A stretch of 64,000 bases of DNA, from IMG/VR virus record IMGVR_UViG_3300022226_000002, positions 1 through 64,000 of that record. The stretch is one strand, 5' to 3'. A program made the position numbers and the translations under genes. Source of the stretch: a virus. Shown piece by piece: positions 55,701 through 64,000 of the stretch; positions within the stretch are counted from its first letter, which is position 1, and each line of letters opens with the position of its first letter. The notes beneath the pieces were generated by a model. It did no database searches and was not told the origin of the DNA. It worked only from the letters and a program-made list of their open reading frames with translations.

Positions 55701-58700
55701 CTTGAGTCGCAAACGTGTTGAACCATCCATCCCAGTGACGCACGCCAGCCGCTTCCATATCCTCGGCCATTACGAACCGCATCATGTTGTAGATTTCGTT
55801 GATGGTGTTCGTGATCGGCGTCCCGGTGAACATATAAGCGCCGCGCCCGTTGTTGTTCCCCCGGATGTAGTCGGCCAGCATCAGCATCATCGTGCCACGC
55901 TTAGAAGCCGTCTTGTTGAGCCCTTTTATGTTTTGCTTGGTCGTGATCGGGAGCTTTTTGAAGATATGGGCCTCGTCGACCATGACCATGTCGACGCCCA
56001 TATCCTCGAACGTAATCCCCGTCCCCCTTTGCATAGCCTGGGCGGCTTTTGTGATCATAGCCCGCAGTTTGAGCCGTTCTTTCACCAGCTCCTTGGCTGT
56101 CGGCTCCCTGAGCCTCCTCAGCTCCTCGGAGCTCACGTCGTCCAGGTTCGCCGGCATACTGCCCTTGGAGAAATCAGCCGCTTCCGACTCCTCGTACGCT
56201 TCCAGCGCGGCAGCCTCCAAGGCATCCATTTCCGGCTGCAGTAGCCTTTCGACCGTCTCGGGACGCATCTGGAAACGATCGGCCATCGAATGTGGGACAA
56301 TGATCAAGTCCCAGTCTTCCGTGGCGATCGCCTGCAGGGTGGCTTCCTTCCGCTGGGCGTCCAGGTTGTCCACGTACAGAATGTTGGCGTTGGGGTAAGC
56401 CTCCTGGATCTCGTTGCGAACCGCCTGCGAATTGGCGTTGTGGGCCAGAAGCAGCGGTTTAGAAGCCAGCCCGAGCCGCCTCGACTCCATGGCCAGCGCG
56501 CCCATGGTCAACGTCTTCCCGGTGCCCACCTGGTGGCCGTAGATCCCGCGGCCGGACACGATGCCACGCCAGACGGCAGACTCCTGGTGCTGACGCAGAT
56601 TGAACGGCTGGTCTCCTCGCTCGAGCGTCAATCCCTCGAAATCGAGCGGGACGTCAGAAAAGTCTGGGGTGACGGTGCTGTTGAATTCCTCGTTGTAGAC
56701 CCCGGACAGCCGAGTGATACGGTCGGGGCTCGTCCAGATCCAGTTGGTGAACTTCTCCCGAAGCTCACTGATCTTCGTGTTGGCCTCGGCCGTGCTTACT
56801 GGATCCGCAATCCGACTACCGGGATTTTCCGGGTCCTCCATCGTCAGCTTCACCGTGGCATTGTTCATGGCCGCGTTCATCAGCTTGTTGAACGATATGC
56901 CTCGGTGACCGTGTGTGTGCTGGGCCTCTGTCTTGGCGTTGATTTCAGGAGGAATGTTGGTTCGCCATCCGTTCACCCGCATCTCTACGTCAAATGAACT
57001 CGCCGGCTCATTGAGGAGGAACCCAAGGAAATCGGCGTAGTCGCCTGCTTCGACCCACGTTGCCCCTAGCTTGGCTTCGATCTGCGAGTAGGGAATCGGC
57101 TCGGGCAAGCGTTCCTGAACAGCCTCAATCGACCGCTCCAGCCCATCCATTCCCTCGGCCTGCGCGGCTTGCAGCTGCCGCAGTTTGCGGGCCATGTTCC
57201 CCCGCAGGAAGACATCAGCTGCGTCGTAGGTGCCCGTGCCGGTCTTGTAAATCTTGCCACCGGATTCCAACTCGGAGATGACCTGATCGACCGGCACCTT
57301 GGCTGCCGCTGCGATCCGCTCCATGTCCAGGTCGAGAGATCGATTGCGCTCCATTGCAAACGCATCGTCAACCGTCGGCTTCTCGACAACCTTCCGCTGG
57401 CGAACGGTCGACCGCTCGAAGATTGGACGCTTGGTGAACGTGCCGTCTTCCTGCTCGGCTTCTAGGGACAGCATGGTGGCTGCCATCGGATCGCCAGCAC
57501 GAACCAGGTGGCGCACCGCCGCTGACTTGCCGAGAGGGCCGTATTTTGCCACGAACGCATCGTAGACGCGGTTCAGCTCGGCGCGGGACTTGGTGGCATC
57601 CTCGCTGACTGCCTGCTTGCCCAGCACCTCCCGCATGGCCTCACGAACGTCAAGAGCGGACTCAATCTGCTTGCGGTTGGCTATGATCGTCGCTGCCTTC
57701 GTTCCCTTCTTGCGGCGCCACGGGACGAAGTCGATCAGCGGAAGCAGCTGTTCGCCTTTGACAATCCACAGGTCGTCATCCTGGGAAATGACGCTATTCT
57801 GCCGCATCTGCGTGAGGTTGGCCCGCTCTCGCCCCTCGGAAGGCGCCCGCTCGGTGTCAATAGTGCCTTCCGGGAGCCTGGCCATTGCTTCATCCAGCGC
57901 CGCCTGCAGGTCCGCCGGCGGGTCCACGATCATACCCGGACGACCGGACGTGGTTCCGTGGCCGTGGGTCATCGTCCCAAGGATGTTCTCCGGGTGATTC
58001 AGCCAGTATTCGTTGACTGCAATCGTTTCGCCGGCGGGAGTCTCGTAATCGACGATGGAGGTCCACTTTTCTCCGGTTGGTTCTTCACCCGGCTTTCGCT
58101 TCCGAATGACAACCAGATCCGCAACCACCTTCGTTCCGGCATAGGCTTGGAAGGCGCCAGTCGGCAACCGGATCGCTGCGACCAGGTCTCCATCGTTGGC
58201 GATCTGGGCACGCATCAGCTTCGCCTGGACCTTGCCGTCCATCGTGCTGTTGGACGTGATGAACGCCAGCACACCGCCCGGCTTGAGTTGGTCGAATGCT
58301 TTCTTGAAGAAGTAGTTGTGAATGGAGAAGTCTTGCTTGTACCGTCGATCGGGAATCTTGTAGTTGCCGAACGGCACGTTGGACACGATCACGTCGTAGA
58401 AGTTGTCGGGCGTCTGGGATTCCTGGTAGCCCATCTGCTGGATGTTTGCGTCTGGATGAAGCGACCTGGCGATGTTGGCCGTTATGTTATCCAGCTCGAT
58501 CCCGGTGAGCCTGGAATTGCCCATCAGATCGCGTGGCATCAGCGCGAAGAAGTTGCCGATCCCCATGGACGGTTCGAGCACGCGACCGCCCTCGAAGCCC
58601 ATGCGGCGCAGACCGTCCCAGATGGCCGTGACGGTTTGAGGGTCAGTGAAGTGAGCGTTGACGATCGACTGCTGAGCTGACTTCCAGTCTTCTTCACCGA

Positions 58701-61700
58701 GGTAGATGCGAAGCCACTCGTCGGCGTCTTCCCAGCCTTCCTTGGGACGAGGGCGGTCCCAAGTGCCTTTGAATAGCTCCTGGCCGAATGCTCCCCAGCC
58801 GGTGTAGCCCGCAAGGATGTCCAATTCCTCTGCGGTCGGAGGGCGGACAGATTCCTCGAGGTCGCGAACGATTTCTATTGCGCGGCGGTTGCGCTCGAAC
58901 TTCGCTTTCGGCCCACCGCCGATGATGGCGTCGGTGTTGGTGAGGTGGTAGTTGGGACGGGTTGCTCTTGGGGCTCGGTCTCGTCCTCTTCCGGTGTCAT
59001 CAGAAGGTGCTCGCCCGCTATCAGCGCCGCGTCCCCCTCGCTCATCCCCTCTCTCTGAATCAGCCGCCTCAGTTCCTGATCCCTCTTCTCCTGCTGGACG
59101 ATCACGAACGGCTTCAGTACCCTCAACCTGTTCAGCTCCTTGGTCATCTTCGGACGGTACTCCTTCCAGTACCTGATCACCTGCTGTGCCAGGTCGTTCG
59201 CTACGGTCCCCCCGATCTCCTGGGCCTGCTGCTTGATCTGTTGGGCCTGCTGCTTCGTCAACGTCTCCATCTGGCACCTCCAGGAAGTCTTCGACCTTGC
59301 CGGCCGGGTCATCGACCACGCCTCTAGTATGCAGCGCCCGCCAGCCAGATTCCATATACGGCGCGAAATTCCGGGCGAATTCGTCGCTGAAGTTCTCGAC
59401 CACCGCCTCGACGTACCCCTTGAACGTATTGACGCCAGCCTTCGCGTAAAGGTACGCCACTTCGACAGTTTCGGCCATCATCGCTGGATCCACACCAGAC
59501 GTGAGCTTGGAGTTGATCTTCGCCATGAGAGCTTTAGCTGCGTCATGGGCAGCCTGCAAATCCTCGGCAGCCGATTCCAAAGTTTTCTGGCTGCGTCGTT
59601 TCGGTGGCTTCCTGCCACTCTTGGGACGATCGGCGAAGGCTTGCTTGGCAGTCTCTGCCAATGACTGCTCAAGGTTTCCTTGGGCAACCTTGTACGCGGC
59701 AAATGTGTCCGTGTGTTCGTCGATCACCCCTTCGAGTGCTTTGTATGCTTCATTCCAAGCATCGGAAGACTCCAACAATTCATCGCTGGATTTGTAAGCC
59801 CCAGAATGAATCGTATTCATCAGCTTGGAGACCGCAGGTTCCAGTTGGTCAATTGCCTTTTGGCTGTCCAGTTGGTCGCGAACGGATTCCAGGAAACTGT
59901 CTCGATGGCGCCGCACGAAGTCCTGCCGGTCGATCTCCTTCGCCATGCCAGGCATTCCAGGCAACACGAACTGTCCGCCCTTCGTCTTCACGGGTCGCTT
60001 GCGGCCAACCTTCTTCTCGGCTGGCGCTTTGCCCATGATCTTGTCGAGAGCTGCCAGCGCCGCCGCGTCCATCTCGGCCTGCTCAGCGGGTCGTTCCTCA
60101 CTTGGTTTCTCCTCAGAAAAAGGTGCTGGAGCGGTTCTAGCCGGTTCCACCGGTGGAGGAGTGCTTGGTTTCTCCTCATGTGCTGCTGCGAATGTACCGT
60201 AGTTGGACTTGAATGAGGCTTCGTCAATGACAGGTGTGCCGCGAGTATCCGCACCGACATTACGTCGGTACATCTGCCATGCTTCATCCGCATCCTTGGC
60301 GCGTACCTTGCCGCTGAATAGGGCAGCGATGAATTCGTTGGCATCCTCCTCCAGTTCACCACGAGATGGCTTCTGTGTCTGTTCAGAAGGTGCTGGAGCG
60401 GTTCTAGCCGGTTTCACCGGTGGAGGAGTGACTTCTTCATCAGTAACCGCTGGTGGCTCTACTGGTACTGCCGCTTCCGGAACCGGTGCAGTGAGTGGCT
60501 GTAATTGCTCTGCAATCTCCGGTGGTGCTTCAAAGTTGTTGTAGGGGGCAGTCTGGTCTGTGCCTTCGTCGTCGAATGCCTTGGTCAGCAGAGGTGAATC
60601 GGCTGGAAGGTCCACATAAGATACGGGCGCCCCTGGACGGAAGTTTTCAGCCCACTTCCGGTCCTGCGACAACCAGCGAGGTTCGCCAGCCTTTAATTGC
60701 CCTGCGTGATAGAAACGCACGCGGCCCTCTGGTACGGGCGGTTCCTCTACCTGTACTTCCGGTGCTGCAGCGACTTCGCCCTCTGACTGTTGTTTGGCCG
60801 CTAGTACCGCAATCGCATCGGGCACCGAATCAGGGTCCACCTCTAACGATGGGTACAGGGCGTGCGCCCGAACTTCTTCGCCAAATAATTTCCCGCCCTT
60901 GTAGCCATACGACTCAAACATGAAGTCTTGAACTTCCTGCGTCGCCGCAACATCATGCCACTCTTTCTGCTGCTCATCGCTAAGGCGAGTCCATTCGTCG
61001 TGCGCGACCTCATGCCGCAACACCTGCTCTACCTTCTGGGAATCGGTCTTGTTGTACCACTCAGGATTTGCGTGGATGACATTCTCGCTCGGGCTGTAAC
61101 TGGCGGTGTACTGGCCCGATTGATCGAAGACTATGGGAACTCCCATAAAGTCCGATGGTCTTACTTCTGGCTCTACTTGTACTTCCGGTGCTGCAGCGAC
61201 TTCGCTTGGCGCAACGTTATCGGCGGGAGACACTGACTTCCGCCGGAGCACGCTGTCGACATCGCCATTGGCTTCTGAAAATGCCTCAGCGAAATCTTCC
61301 TCTGCAGCTTCGCTCTGCTGGTAAGTTTGTGCTCTGTACCCGCTTTGTCTTTCAATGTCCTTCCCGTGCTGAGTAACGCGAGGCCCGTCTGACCACTCCT
61401 GCCTTTGCTCATCTGTCAATGCCTCCCAGGCGTGATGTCCAATCTCATGTCGGACAATGTGGTCTTTTGTCGTGAAAAGATCCGACATGCCCCTTTCGGT
61501 TGCCACGTTGACGCCCCGAATTGCCATGTCTCCGTGTTGTATATGGCCCTTTTGACCTGCCGCATGTTCTCTGGGCATGTACTGAATAAACGTCAATCCG
61601 TGACTCTTCATCAGGTCAAAGGTTTCTGGTGCCAACTGGTCAACCCATTCCGGGTCTACCTCGGGATCAACCCACATGCCGCTGTAGTGCCTTTGCCAGC

Positions 61701-63141
61701 CTGATCGCTCAAACGCTCCATCCACCCCTTCTGTCGTTTCATCAGCCTCCAGCAACTCGCCAAGTAGTCGCCGCTTCTTCGCCTTGACTCTCTCTCTTGT
61801 CTCCTCGACGGTCGACGAAGTGGGCTCTAGTGGTACTTCCGTGTCACGGGCTTCTGCCCCGGCTTCCGCTTCGATATCGTCCCGCCGTACTTCCGTTCCC
61901 ACTTGTCCGCCAGGCGGGGGTGTTTCCAGTGGAGGTATCGCCTCTGCTTCTGGCTCTTGAATGGCATCTTGAATCTCCTGTTCGAGTTGTTGAATCTCTA
62001 TATCCGCGTTCCTGGTACGCTCCTCCTGCTTCGTTCCCTCAATGCCCAAGTCCCTGGCGGCTTTCCTGCTGATCGGCCCCTTAGCGCGAATGGCCTTGAG
62101 GTCGGCCAGCCTTTGCTGGTACTGGCTGGCGCGTGCAGCGCTGGTCGCCGCTCCTGCAACAGCGGGAACGCCCATCATGAACGCCATAGGCACAATAGCT
62201 TGCGTGCCTTGATCCCACGCTTCCTCGAACGCAGTTCCTAAGTTTTGGTCTGGTGCGTTCTCGTCTAGGTGGGTCGCTACTGCGCGGGCAAATCCGCTCG
62301 ATAGACCTTGAAGGGCCTCTTCTCCGAACCCTTCAACCGGCAGCTTCTTCATCGCATTCCAAAGGTACGCGCGGCCTGCGGCTAGGGCTCCTTTGTCCAA
62401 AGGAACCTTTCCTACCTTGAAAGGATTCGGAACGATTGCCTCGATCGACGCCGTACCAGCTGCAGTCAACATCGCTCCAGCCTTCGCCCTCCAGTCGTTT
62501 ATGTCTATTCCGGCATTCTTCCATGACTCAAGCTCCTGAGAATACTGCCCTGGAAATCCAGCTGCTGTAATTCCAGCAACTTCCGCAGCTCGCATTGTCG
62601 TTCGCCCCATTCCTGCCAATTTCGCCATGGCAGGTGCTAAACCGGTCGCCTTCGACAATCCTGCTCCTGCCGCGCCGCCTCCAACAACTGTTGCCATCCA
62701 AGGCACCATTTCCAACGCCTGAAGTGGGCCTGCCTGATACCACGGATCGCGAGACGTAGCCGGCGCAATAGTTTCAGCAGCAACACCCTCAAGCTGATGG
62801 ATGGCTCTGATTTCGTCTTCTGTGCCTCCAAAACCAGTCAATTCCATGATGGGCTGCGCCACAGCAGAGACACCTCGTCCCAACGCTGATGCTGTACGCG
62901 AGAGTGCCCCACCTCGTTCTGACCGCATCCCTTCCGCGATGGCCGGAGCACGTTGAAGAATTTGCTGCTGTTGGGCAGGAGTTGCAGAACGCCAAAGACC
63001 AAGCACGGCGCGACGATCTCCGAGATTTCCAAGAATCTCAGGAGTTAACCGTTCGGCCTTTAATTCGTCCGGTGTGTAGTACGACGGATTGTCTTCTTGA
63101 AGCAATTTCAATTCGTCGGTAGTCAAATACTCTGGCATCAC
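49732..63141 (-). CDS. Giant polyvalent DarB-like protein (HExxH modules, N6-MTase, SNF2 helicase, LPD38-like C-terminus)
   Basis: HEIGH, HEVAH, HEQGH; VLEPSMGIGNF and VSNVPF; HQVGTGKT, VDEAH, TGTPITN, EQRNGRGHRQGN; C-terminal MLRMPIPYG...EAKANYSFW..IVP. Confidence 0.9.
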   Translation of the reverse strand: MMPEYLTTDELKLLQEDNPSYYTPDELKAERLTPEILGNLGDRRAVLGLWRSATPAQQQQILQRAPAIAEGMRSERGGALSRTASALGRGVSAVAQPIMELTGFGGTEDEIRAIHQLEGVAAETIAPATSRDPWYQAGPLQALEMVPWMATVVGGGAAGAGLSKATGLAPAMAKLAGMGRTTMRAAEVAGITAAGFPGQYSQELESWKNAGIDINDWRAKAGAMLTAAGTASIEAIVPNPFKVGKVPLDKGALAAGRAYLWNAMKKLPVEGFGEEALQGLSSGFARAVATHLDENAPDQNLGTAFEEAWDQGTQAIVPMAFMMGVPAVAGAATSAARASQYQQRLADLKAIRAKGPISRKAARDLGIEGTKQEERTRNADIEIQQLEQEIQDAIQEPEAEAIPPLETPPPGGQVGTEVRRDDIEAEAGAEARDTEVPLEPTSSTVEETRERVKAKKRRLLGELLEADETTEGVDGAFERSGWQRHYSGMWVDPEVDPEWVDQLAPETFDLMKSHGLTFIQYMPREHAAGQKGHIQHGDMAIRGVNVATERGMSDLFTTKDHIVRHEIGHHAWEALTDEQRQEWSDGPRVTQHGKDIERQSGYRAQTYQQSEAAEEDFAEAFSEANGDVDSVLRRKSVSPADNVAPSEVAAAPEVQVEPEVRPSDFMGVPIVFDQSGQYTASYSPSENVIHANPEWYNKTDSQKVEQVLRHEVAHDEWTRLSDEQQKEWHDVAATQEVQDFMFESYGYKGGKLFGEEVRAHALYPSLEVDPDSVPDAIAVLAAKQQSEGEVAAAPEVQVEEPPVPEGRVRFYHAGQLKAGEPRWLSQDRKWAENFRPGAPVSYVDLPADSPLLTKAFDDEGTDQTAPYNNFEAPPEIAEQLQPLTAPVPEAAVPVEPPAVTDEEVTPPPVKPARTAPAPSEQTQKPSRGELEEDANEFIAALFSGKVRAKDADEAWQMYRRNVGADTRGTPVIDEASFKSNYGTFAAAHEEKPSTPPPVEPARTAPAPFSEEKPSEERPAEQAEMDAAALAALDKIMGKAPAEKKVGRKRPVKTKGGQFVLPGMPGMAKEIDRQDFVRRHRDSFLESVRDQLDSQKAIDQLEPAVSKLMNTIHSGAYKSSDELLESSDAWNEAYKALEGVIDEHTDTFAAYKVAQGNLEQSLAETAKQAFADRPKSGRKPPKRRSQKTLESAAEDLQAAHDAAKALMAKINSKLTSGVDPAMMAETVEVAYLYAKAGVNTFKGYVEAVVENFSDEFARNFAPYMESGWRALHTRGVVDDPAGKVEDFLEVPDGDVDEAAGPTDQAAGPGDRGDRSERPGTAGDQVLEGVPSEDDQGAEQVEGTEAVRDRPAGEEGSGTEAADSERGDERGGRGADSGRAPSDDTGRGRDRAPRATRPNYHLTNTDAIIGGGPKAKFERNRRAIEIVRDLEESVRPPTAEELDILAGYTGWGAFGQELFKGTWDRPRPKEGWEDADEWLRIYLGEEDWKSAQQSIVNAHFTDPQTVTAIWDGLRRMGFEGGRVLEPSMGIGNFFALMPRDLMGNSRLTGIELDNITANIARSLHPDANIQQMGYQESQTPDNFYDVIVSNVPFGNYKIPDRRYKQDFSIHNYFFKKAFDQLKPGGVLAFITSNSTMDGKVQAKLMRAQIANDGDLVAAIRLPTGAFQAYAGTKVVADLVVIRKRKPGEEPTGEKWTSIVDYETPAGETIAVNEYWLNHPENILGTMTHGHGTTSGRPGMIVDPPADLQAALDEAMARLPEGTIDTERAPSEGRERANLTQMRQNSVISQDDDLWIVKGEQLLPLIDFVPWRRKKGTKAATIIANRKQIESALDVREAMREVLGKQAVSEDATKSRAELNRVYDAFVAKYGPLGKSAAVRHLVRAGDPMAATMLSLEAEQEDGTFTKRPIFERSTVRQRKVVEKPTVDDAFAMERNRSLDLDMERIAAAAKVPVDQVISELESGGKIYKTGTGTYDAADVFLRGNMARKLRQLQAAQAEGMDGLERSIEAVQERLPEPIPYSQIEAKLGATWVEAGDYADFLGFLLNEPASSFDVEMRVNGWRTNIPPEINAKTEAQHTHGHRGISFNKLMNAAMNNATVKLTMEDPENPGSRIADPVSTAEANTKISELREKFTNWIWTSPDRITRLSGVYNEEFNSTVTPDFSDVPLDFEGLTLERGDQPFNLRQHQESAVWRGIVSGRGIYGHQVGTGKTLTMGALAMESRRLGLASKPLLLAHNANSQAVRNEIQEAYPNANILYVDNLDAQRKEATLQAIATEDWDLIIVPHSMADRFQMRPETVERLLQPEMDALEAAALEAYEESEAADFSKGSMPANLDDVSSEELRRLREPTAKELVKERLKLRAMITKAAQAMQRGTGITFEDMGVDMVMVDEAHIFKKLPITTKQNIKGLNKTASKRGTMMLMLADYIRGNNNGRGAYMFTGTPITNTINEIYNMMRFVMAEDMEAAGVRHWDGWFNTFATQETLTELSSGGTWENFDRLSSFVNLPELRQMVGQYMDIVFAEDMPEFSPRDRREGRTENPVGIPFKQIHNTTLEMIPHQQAHSEELKERYTTFKNAQGRDKVRMMREPGGRYNPLVIEGEGVKLAMDPRLTGFGTRVNDEGAIVTDWGPETSNTLDPKDPALKINRMLQNAMAHYHEHPKATQMIFMQVGHNDWTTRTLGRTHDGEPITERVRVFNLAKEVKRRLIEEGVAENEIAIFSTMSKSRRTQAAQDMRDGKIRFAIGSTETMGTGVNAQDEMAAMHHLDAPWMPGDLEQRNGRGHRQGNKWNTVHEYRYLTEGPQDGRRWQVLLTKSRFIDRFMRADGTERTIEMDDIDLSDDGSGTDMEQSFAAAAGDPRVQMRIRLEGQVQKLERARDSHARTITETVSRANQKLGFIETTQKRIDLLQQEHDTWRENKPDKPTITIRDQVITGKDKIRDELKALEERYQNTIGAKVQIGEYRGLPLFNNNGILYVGESNLNVRWSEESLQGVLSNIPARIDKLRMSVEKDQRFIDMAHGAVGQPFPKQLQLDSKRAKLQALQDEMEANPGASPAWLRAGAPVGTTVFHKGNEYEVAGHRGDEQILYAVGDNFAPLPAKEVTDKDGTPLFPELQDRREWTAEEIQDRLHVDYELVAPGETPKILEGLPVKPIDRWQIVSPGGFAVGQGDSPRAAYESARTNPEKLIRLQPLPEEEEPAKATEDKPKETELAGAPGDVGAILTPAEYVSQAPETSRGKRTVNRLKNDREGTTVGFRQIVKDFTDALQAEMRIGSEQLRTPGQYQRTPHLIRSMSDVGPWNFHEQGHALAEVLSQNERFSEWMVEQAGELIALTQRDGTAASAETEWEGFAELVRLSVTAPSSVPAPLQQSMFEMLNVEHPDVAAALRDAHRGLVAHMQRPVMARQRSHAVGPKRGAKNAVTELVHRSMYNLMSAEAAVSYRLESPIVNAALTAGKEIGKKVDERVQSVRDWSHYLWHIGGDASGAIFGRQKQRGATVMAPRQWFSDTQIEQLEAAGAVIPESQEEGNRIQLTDYTINDIAVAVGRQKWPEFLQYAQSKSALERWEKHGHEYPGRSAGERPEQLRRALQETESNNPEFEEQQSRLTSFLRQIMLLNVLSGEVTTDQYQTMVEAHEFYVPLPRQVERGESRLGSSAGQLRSQLRRAHGSVLPFQDLKNAISSHVHAAYRAYYHNAVRNAVKDMQADIQAMEDVPAEAKWAAQRVMVPLRLDSARVATLNRSEMQEVIAEYLNETEEYKDNPIDPKDIDVNFPGKPIIRSKSPRAVNVLTRFEGGKVKFEQVKDELLYDFFTRVESPSKVVQWLSNFFGGPGQAIKDSITNSVSFVPRAMFRDLFGNVVLGRGMERYIPGVYWAAGSANQVANLFDAGDKSVKVDTELLSNSFKHTHSDQHILGVNRFVDFMSQGILVDGWKHMNWLDRLQYAPGQAAWAAYKPFQALNFPIRYASQWAESTPREGAAVVAKRKGATDIRSTRVYDEISGNFISRPGSNVIASIYRFAMFLNPGMQVVYQVAERATQKRSRGDQAVAMAYLGAMSALAATVTWALMDDEEREQYVEQPEDSKLRDLPVKVPGLPMLRMPIPYGPEGAVVGYTFNKTMEQMSGVNIDDKKLLAQAARRTADMPVLSSLATPIGLTTIEAKANYSFWLQRAIVPESLKTFYRDDPASQAYESTPEFYKRLGEKLEVSPIMAEYVVGNLVGTQVEETVRTLSVLNEGKLPKDLSEYPQIGRLFWRPSIGYLAASVKYINEQSDAFDKARRELRKKAGRKGYDRVRKEFQATMKYKAAAKHLREMGTKARNLYKDGKKDEARQIREGMRDEAQRLLKDAQAIDQLRQDWLQDIVFNAVKEPESEKGKEDLAKSVRELKATGLSNVEAQQHLWNHYSGAPDMNWDKFKALAELYGLDKDAARLEIQGPIVKDPKTGKLKRSYNTEFGRWKVEQEDRWRDERKKKDDERKKK
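58875..59270 (-). CDS. Overprinted TnpV-like protein inside the giant ORF
   Basis: GGAGG RBS then ATG at 59270; YWKEYRPKMTKELNRLRVL motif; host frame is a low-complexity linker here. Confidence 0.65.
   Translation of the reverse strand: METLTKQQAQQIKQQAQEIGGTVANDLAQQVIRYWKEYRPKMTKELNRLRVLKPFVIVQQEKRDQELRRLIQREGMSEGDAALIAGEHLLMTPEEDETEPQEQPVPTTTSPTPTPSSAVGRKRSSSATAAQ
61827..61967 (-). CDS. Overprinted 46-aa basic protein (MPFKS family)
   Basis: AGGAG RBS; MPFKSQKQRRYLHWKHPRLADKWERKYGGTISKRKPGQKPVTRKYH*. Below the ORF-track length cutoff. Confidence 0.7.
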   Translation of the reverse strand: MPFKSQKQRRYLHWKHPRLADKWERKYGGTISKRKPGQKPVTRKYH

Positions 63142-64000
63142 ATTATTCCTGCTGCAGTCATGTCGTAATCGTAGTCAATCTGCCGCGGTGGCGGTTCAGC
63201 GACATCTTCACTACCTAACACTTCCCATAGCTTCAATTTTGGATTCCATCGCACAAACTTAAGTTGCCCACTAAGGATAGTTCTAAACACCGTGCCGTCC
63301 TTTGGCGGATTGTCTTCAATCTCTGGCGTCAAGGTGCGAGCGCTTTGAAGCTGTTTTGGTGTGGCTGGCTTCGGTGGAGTTTTAGGCTTCTGTGGAGTAG
63401 GACCAGTTTCTCCCGTCGCCTTTGATGTCGCCCCAGCCGGTGCTACTGGCTCAGTTCCGGGAATCTGGGAACCCCCGCCAGCGCGCAGAGCATCTATTCT
63501 CTGCTGCAGGGGACTACCGCTCTCGCGGGCCTGCTCCACGATCGCGGCGTCTTCTGGTTCTGCGTCTGGGGGAAGTGGCGGGGCCGCTGTTGTTGGTTCT
63601 ACAATACCGGATGGTGTAAGCACTGGTTGGGCAGGTGGTGCTGCCGGCTGTGAAGCCGCACCGGGATCAACTCCGGTAGCCTCTTGGAGTGCCCGGGGGA
63701 ACTCGCTTCCAATCGTAATCGGATCTGTCGACCCTGGTGTAGCTGCCGCCCCTGGTGTAGCTGCCGCTGCCGGTGGAGTAGACAAATCTGGCGGTGGATA
63801 TGCTTTTGCCCACTCATCGCGAACCTTGGTCGCTTCTGCAGCAGCGCCAGCCACGTCGAACGCTGGCTCGTCGTCGATCACTTTGTTACGCGCCTCTTTG
63901 AATGCGTCTTCCCAAACCTTCCGAGATAGGGCCTCGTAATCCGCCTGTTTCTTGTTCCTCGCTTCGGCTTCCTTTCTATCTAGCTCGACTTTCTCCTTCG
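63138..64000 (-). CDS. Putative internal virion protein, 5' end outside window
   Basis: Frame of 63138-63881 stays open to the window edge (KEKVELDRKEAEARNKK...); Pro/Ala-rich. Confidence 0.6.
   Translation of the reverse strand, partial: KEKVELDRKEAEARNKKQADYEALSRKVWEDAFKEARNKVIDDEPAFDVAGAAAEATKVRDEWAKAYPPPDLSTPPAAAATPGAAATPGSTDPITIGSEFPRALQEATGVDPGAASQPAAPPAQPVLTPSGIVEPTTAAPPLPPDAEPEDAAIVEQARESGSPLQQRIDALRAGGGSQIPGTEPVAPAGATSKATGETGPTPQKPKTPPKPATPKQLQSARTLTPEIEDNPPKDGTVFRTILSGQLKFVRWNPKLKLWEVLGSEDVAEPPPRQIDYDYDMTAAGIM

Noticed and set aside
55096-56244. 382-aa plus-strand ORF
   Set aside because: Antisense shadow of the helicase region in GC-rich coding DNA.
1-64000. Integrase, DNA polymerase, reverse transcriptase/DGR, rRNA
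   Set aside because: No supporting motifs seen in this window; they may lie outside it.

Overview
The window is a 64-kb piece of a tailed dsDNA phage genome, probably podovirus-like. The host may be a Planctomycetota member, but that is only an inference. On the minus strand lie head and tail genes (terminase 17.8-19.7 kb, portal, scaffold, major capsid, decoration, tail and lectin proteins, Ser/Pro/Ala-repeat proteins, glycosyl- and methyltransferases), a replication/recombination block (SSAP, 5'-3' exonuclease, CsrA, ParB-like protein, SF2 helicase, HNH proteins), a putative lysis cassette built around a papain-like peptidase, and a 4469-aa polyvalent DarB-like protein. Short plus-strand blocks carry a DHH phosphoesterase, a DNA methyltransferase and small early-type genes. 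The main finding is at 19.8-22.1 kb: a TIGR-Tas-like locus. It has a nuclease-less Nop/IS110-related protein, an accessory gene, and 18 dual-spacer units (box-C-like TG(A/G)CGA, 9 nt, loop repeat with consensus TG(A/T)T(A/G)CCGA, 9 nt, TG(C/T)N) in five blocks. Nine units are embedded in frame inside the Tas-like coding sequence. Other notable items are two overprinted genes inside the giant ORF, several antisense/pseudoknot-type leader RNAs, a GGA-bearing RNA next to csrA and an atypical tRNA(CAT). All protein calls come from motif recognition by eye; no database searches were run.
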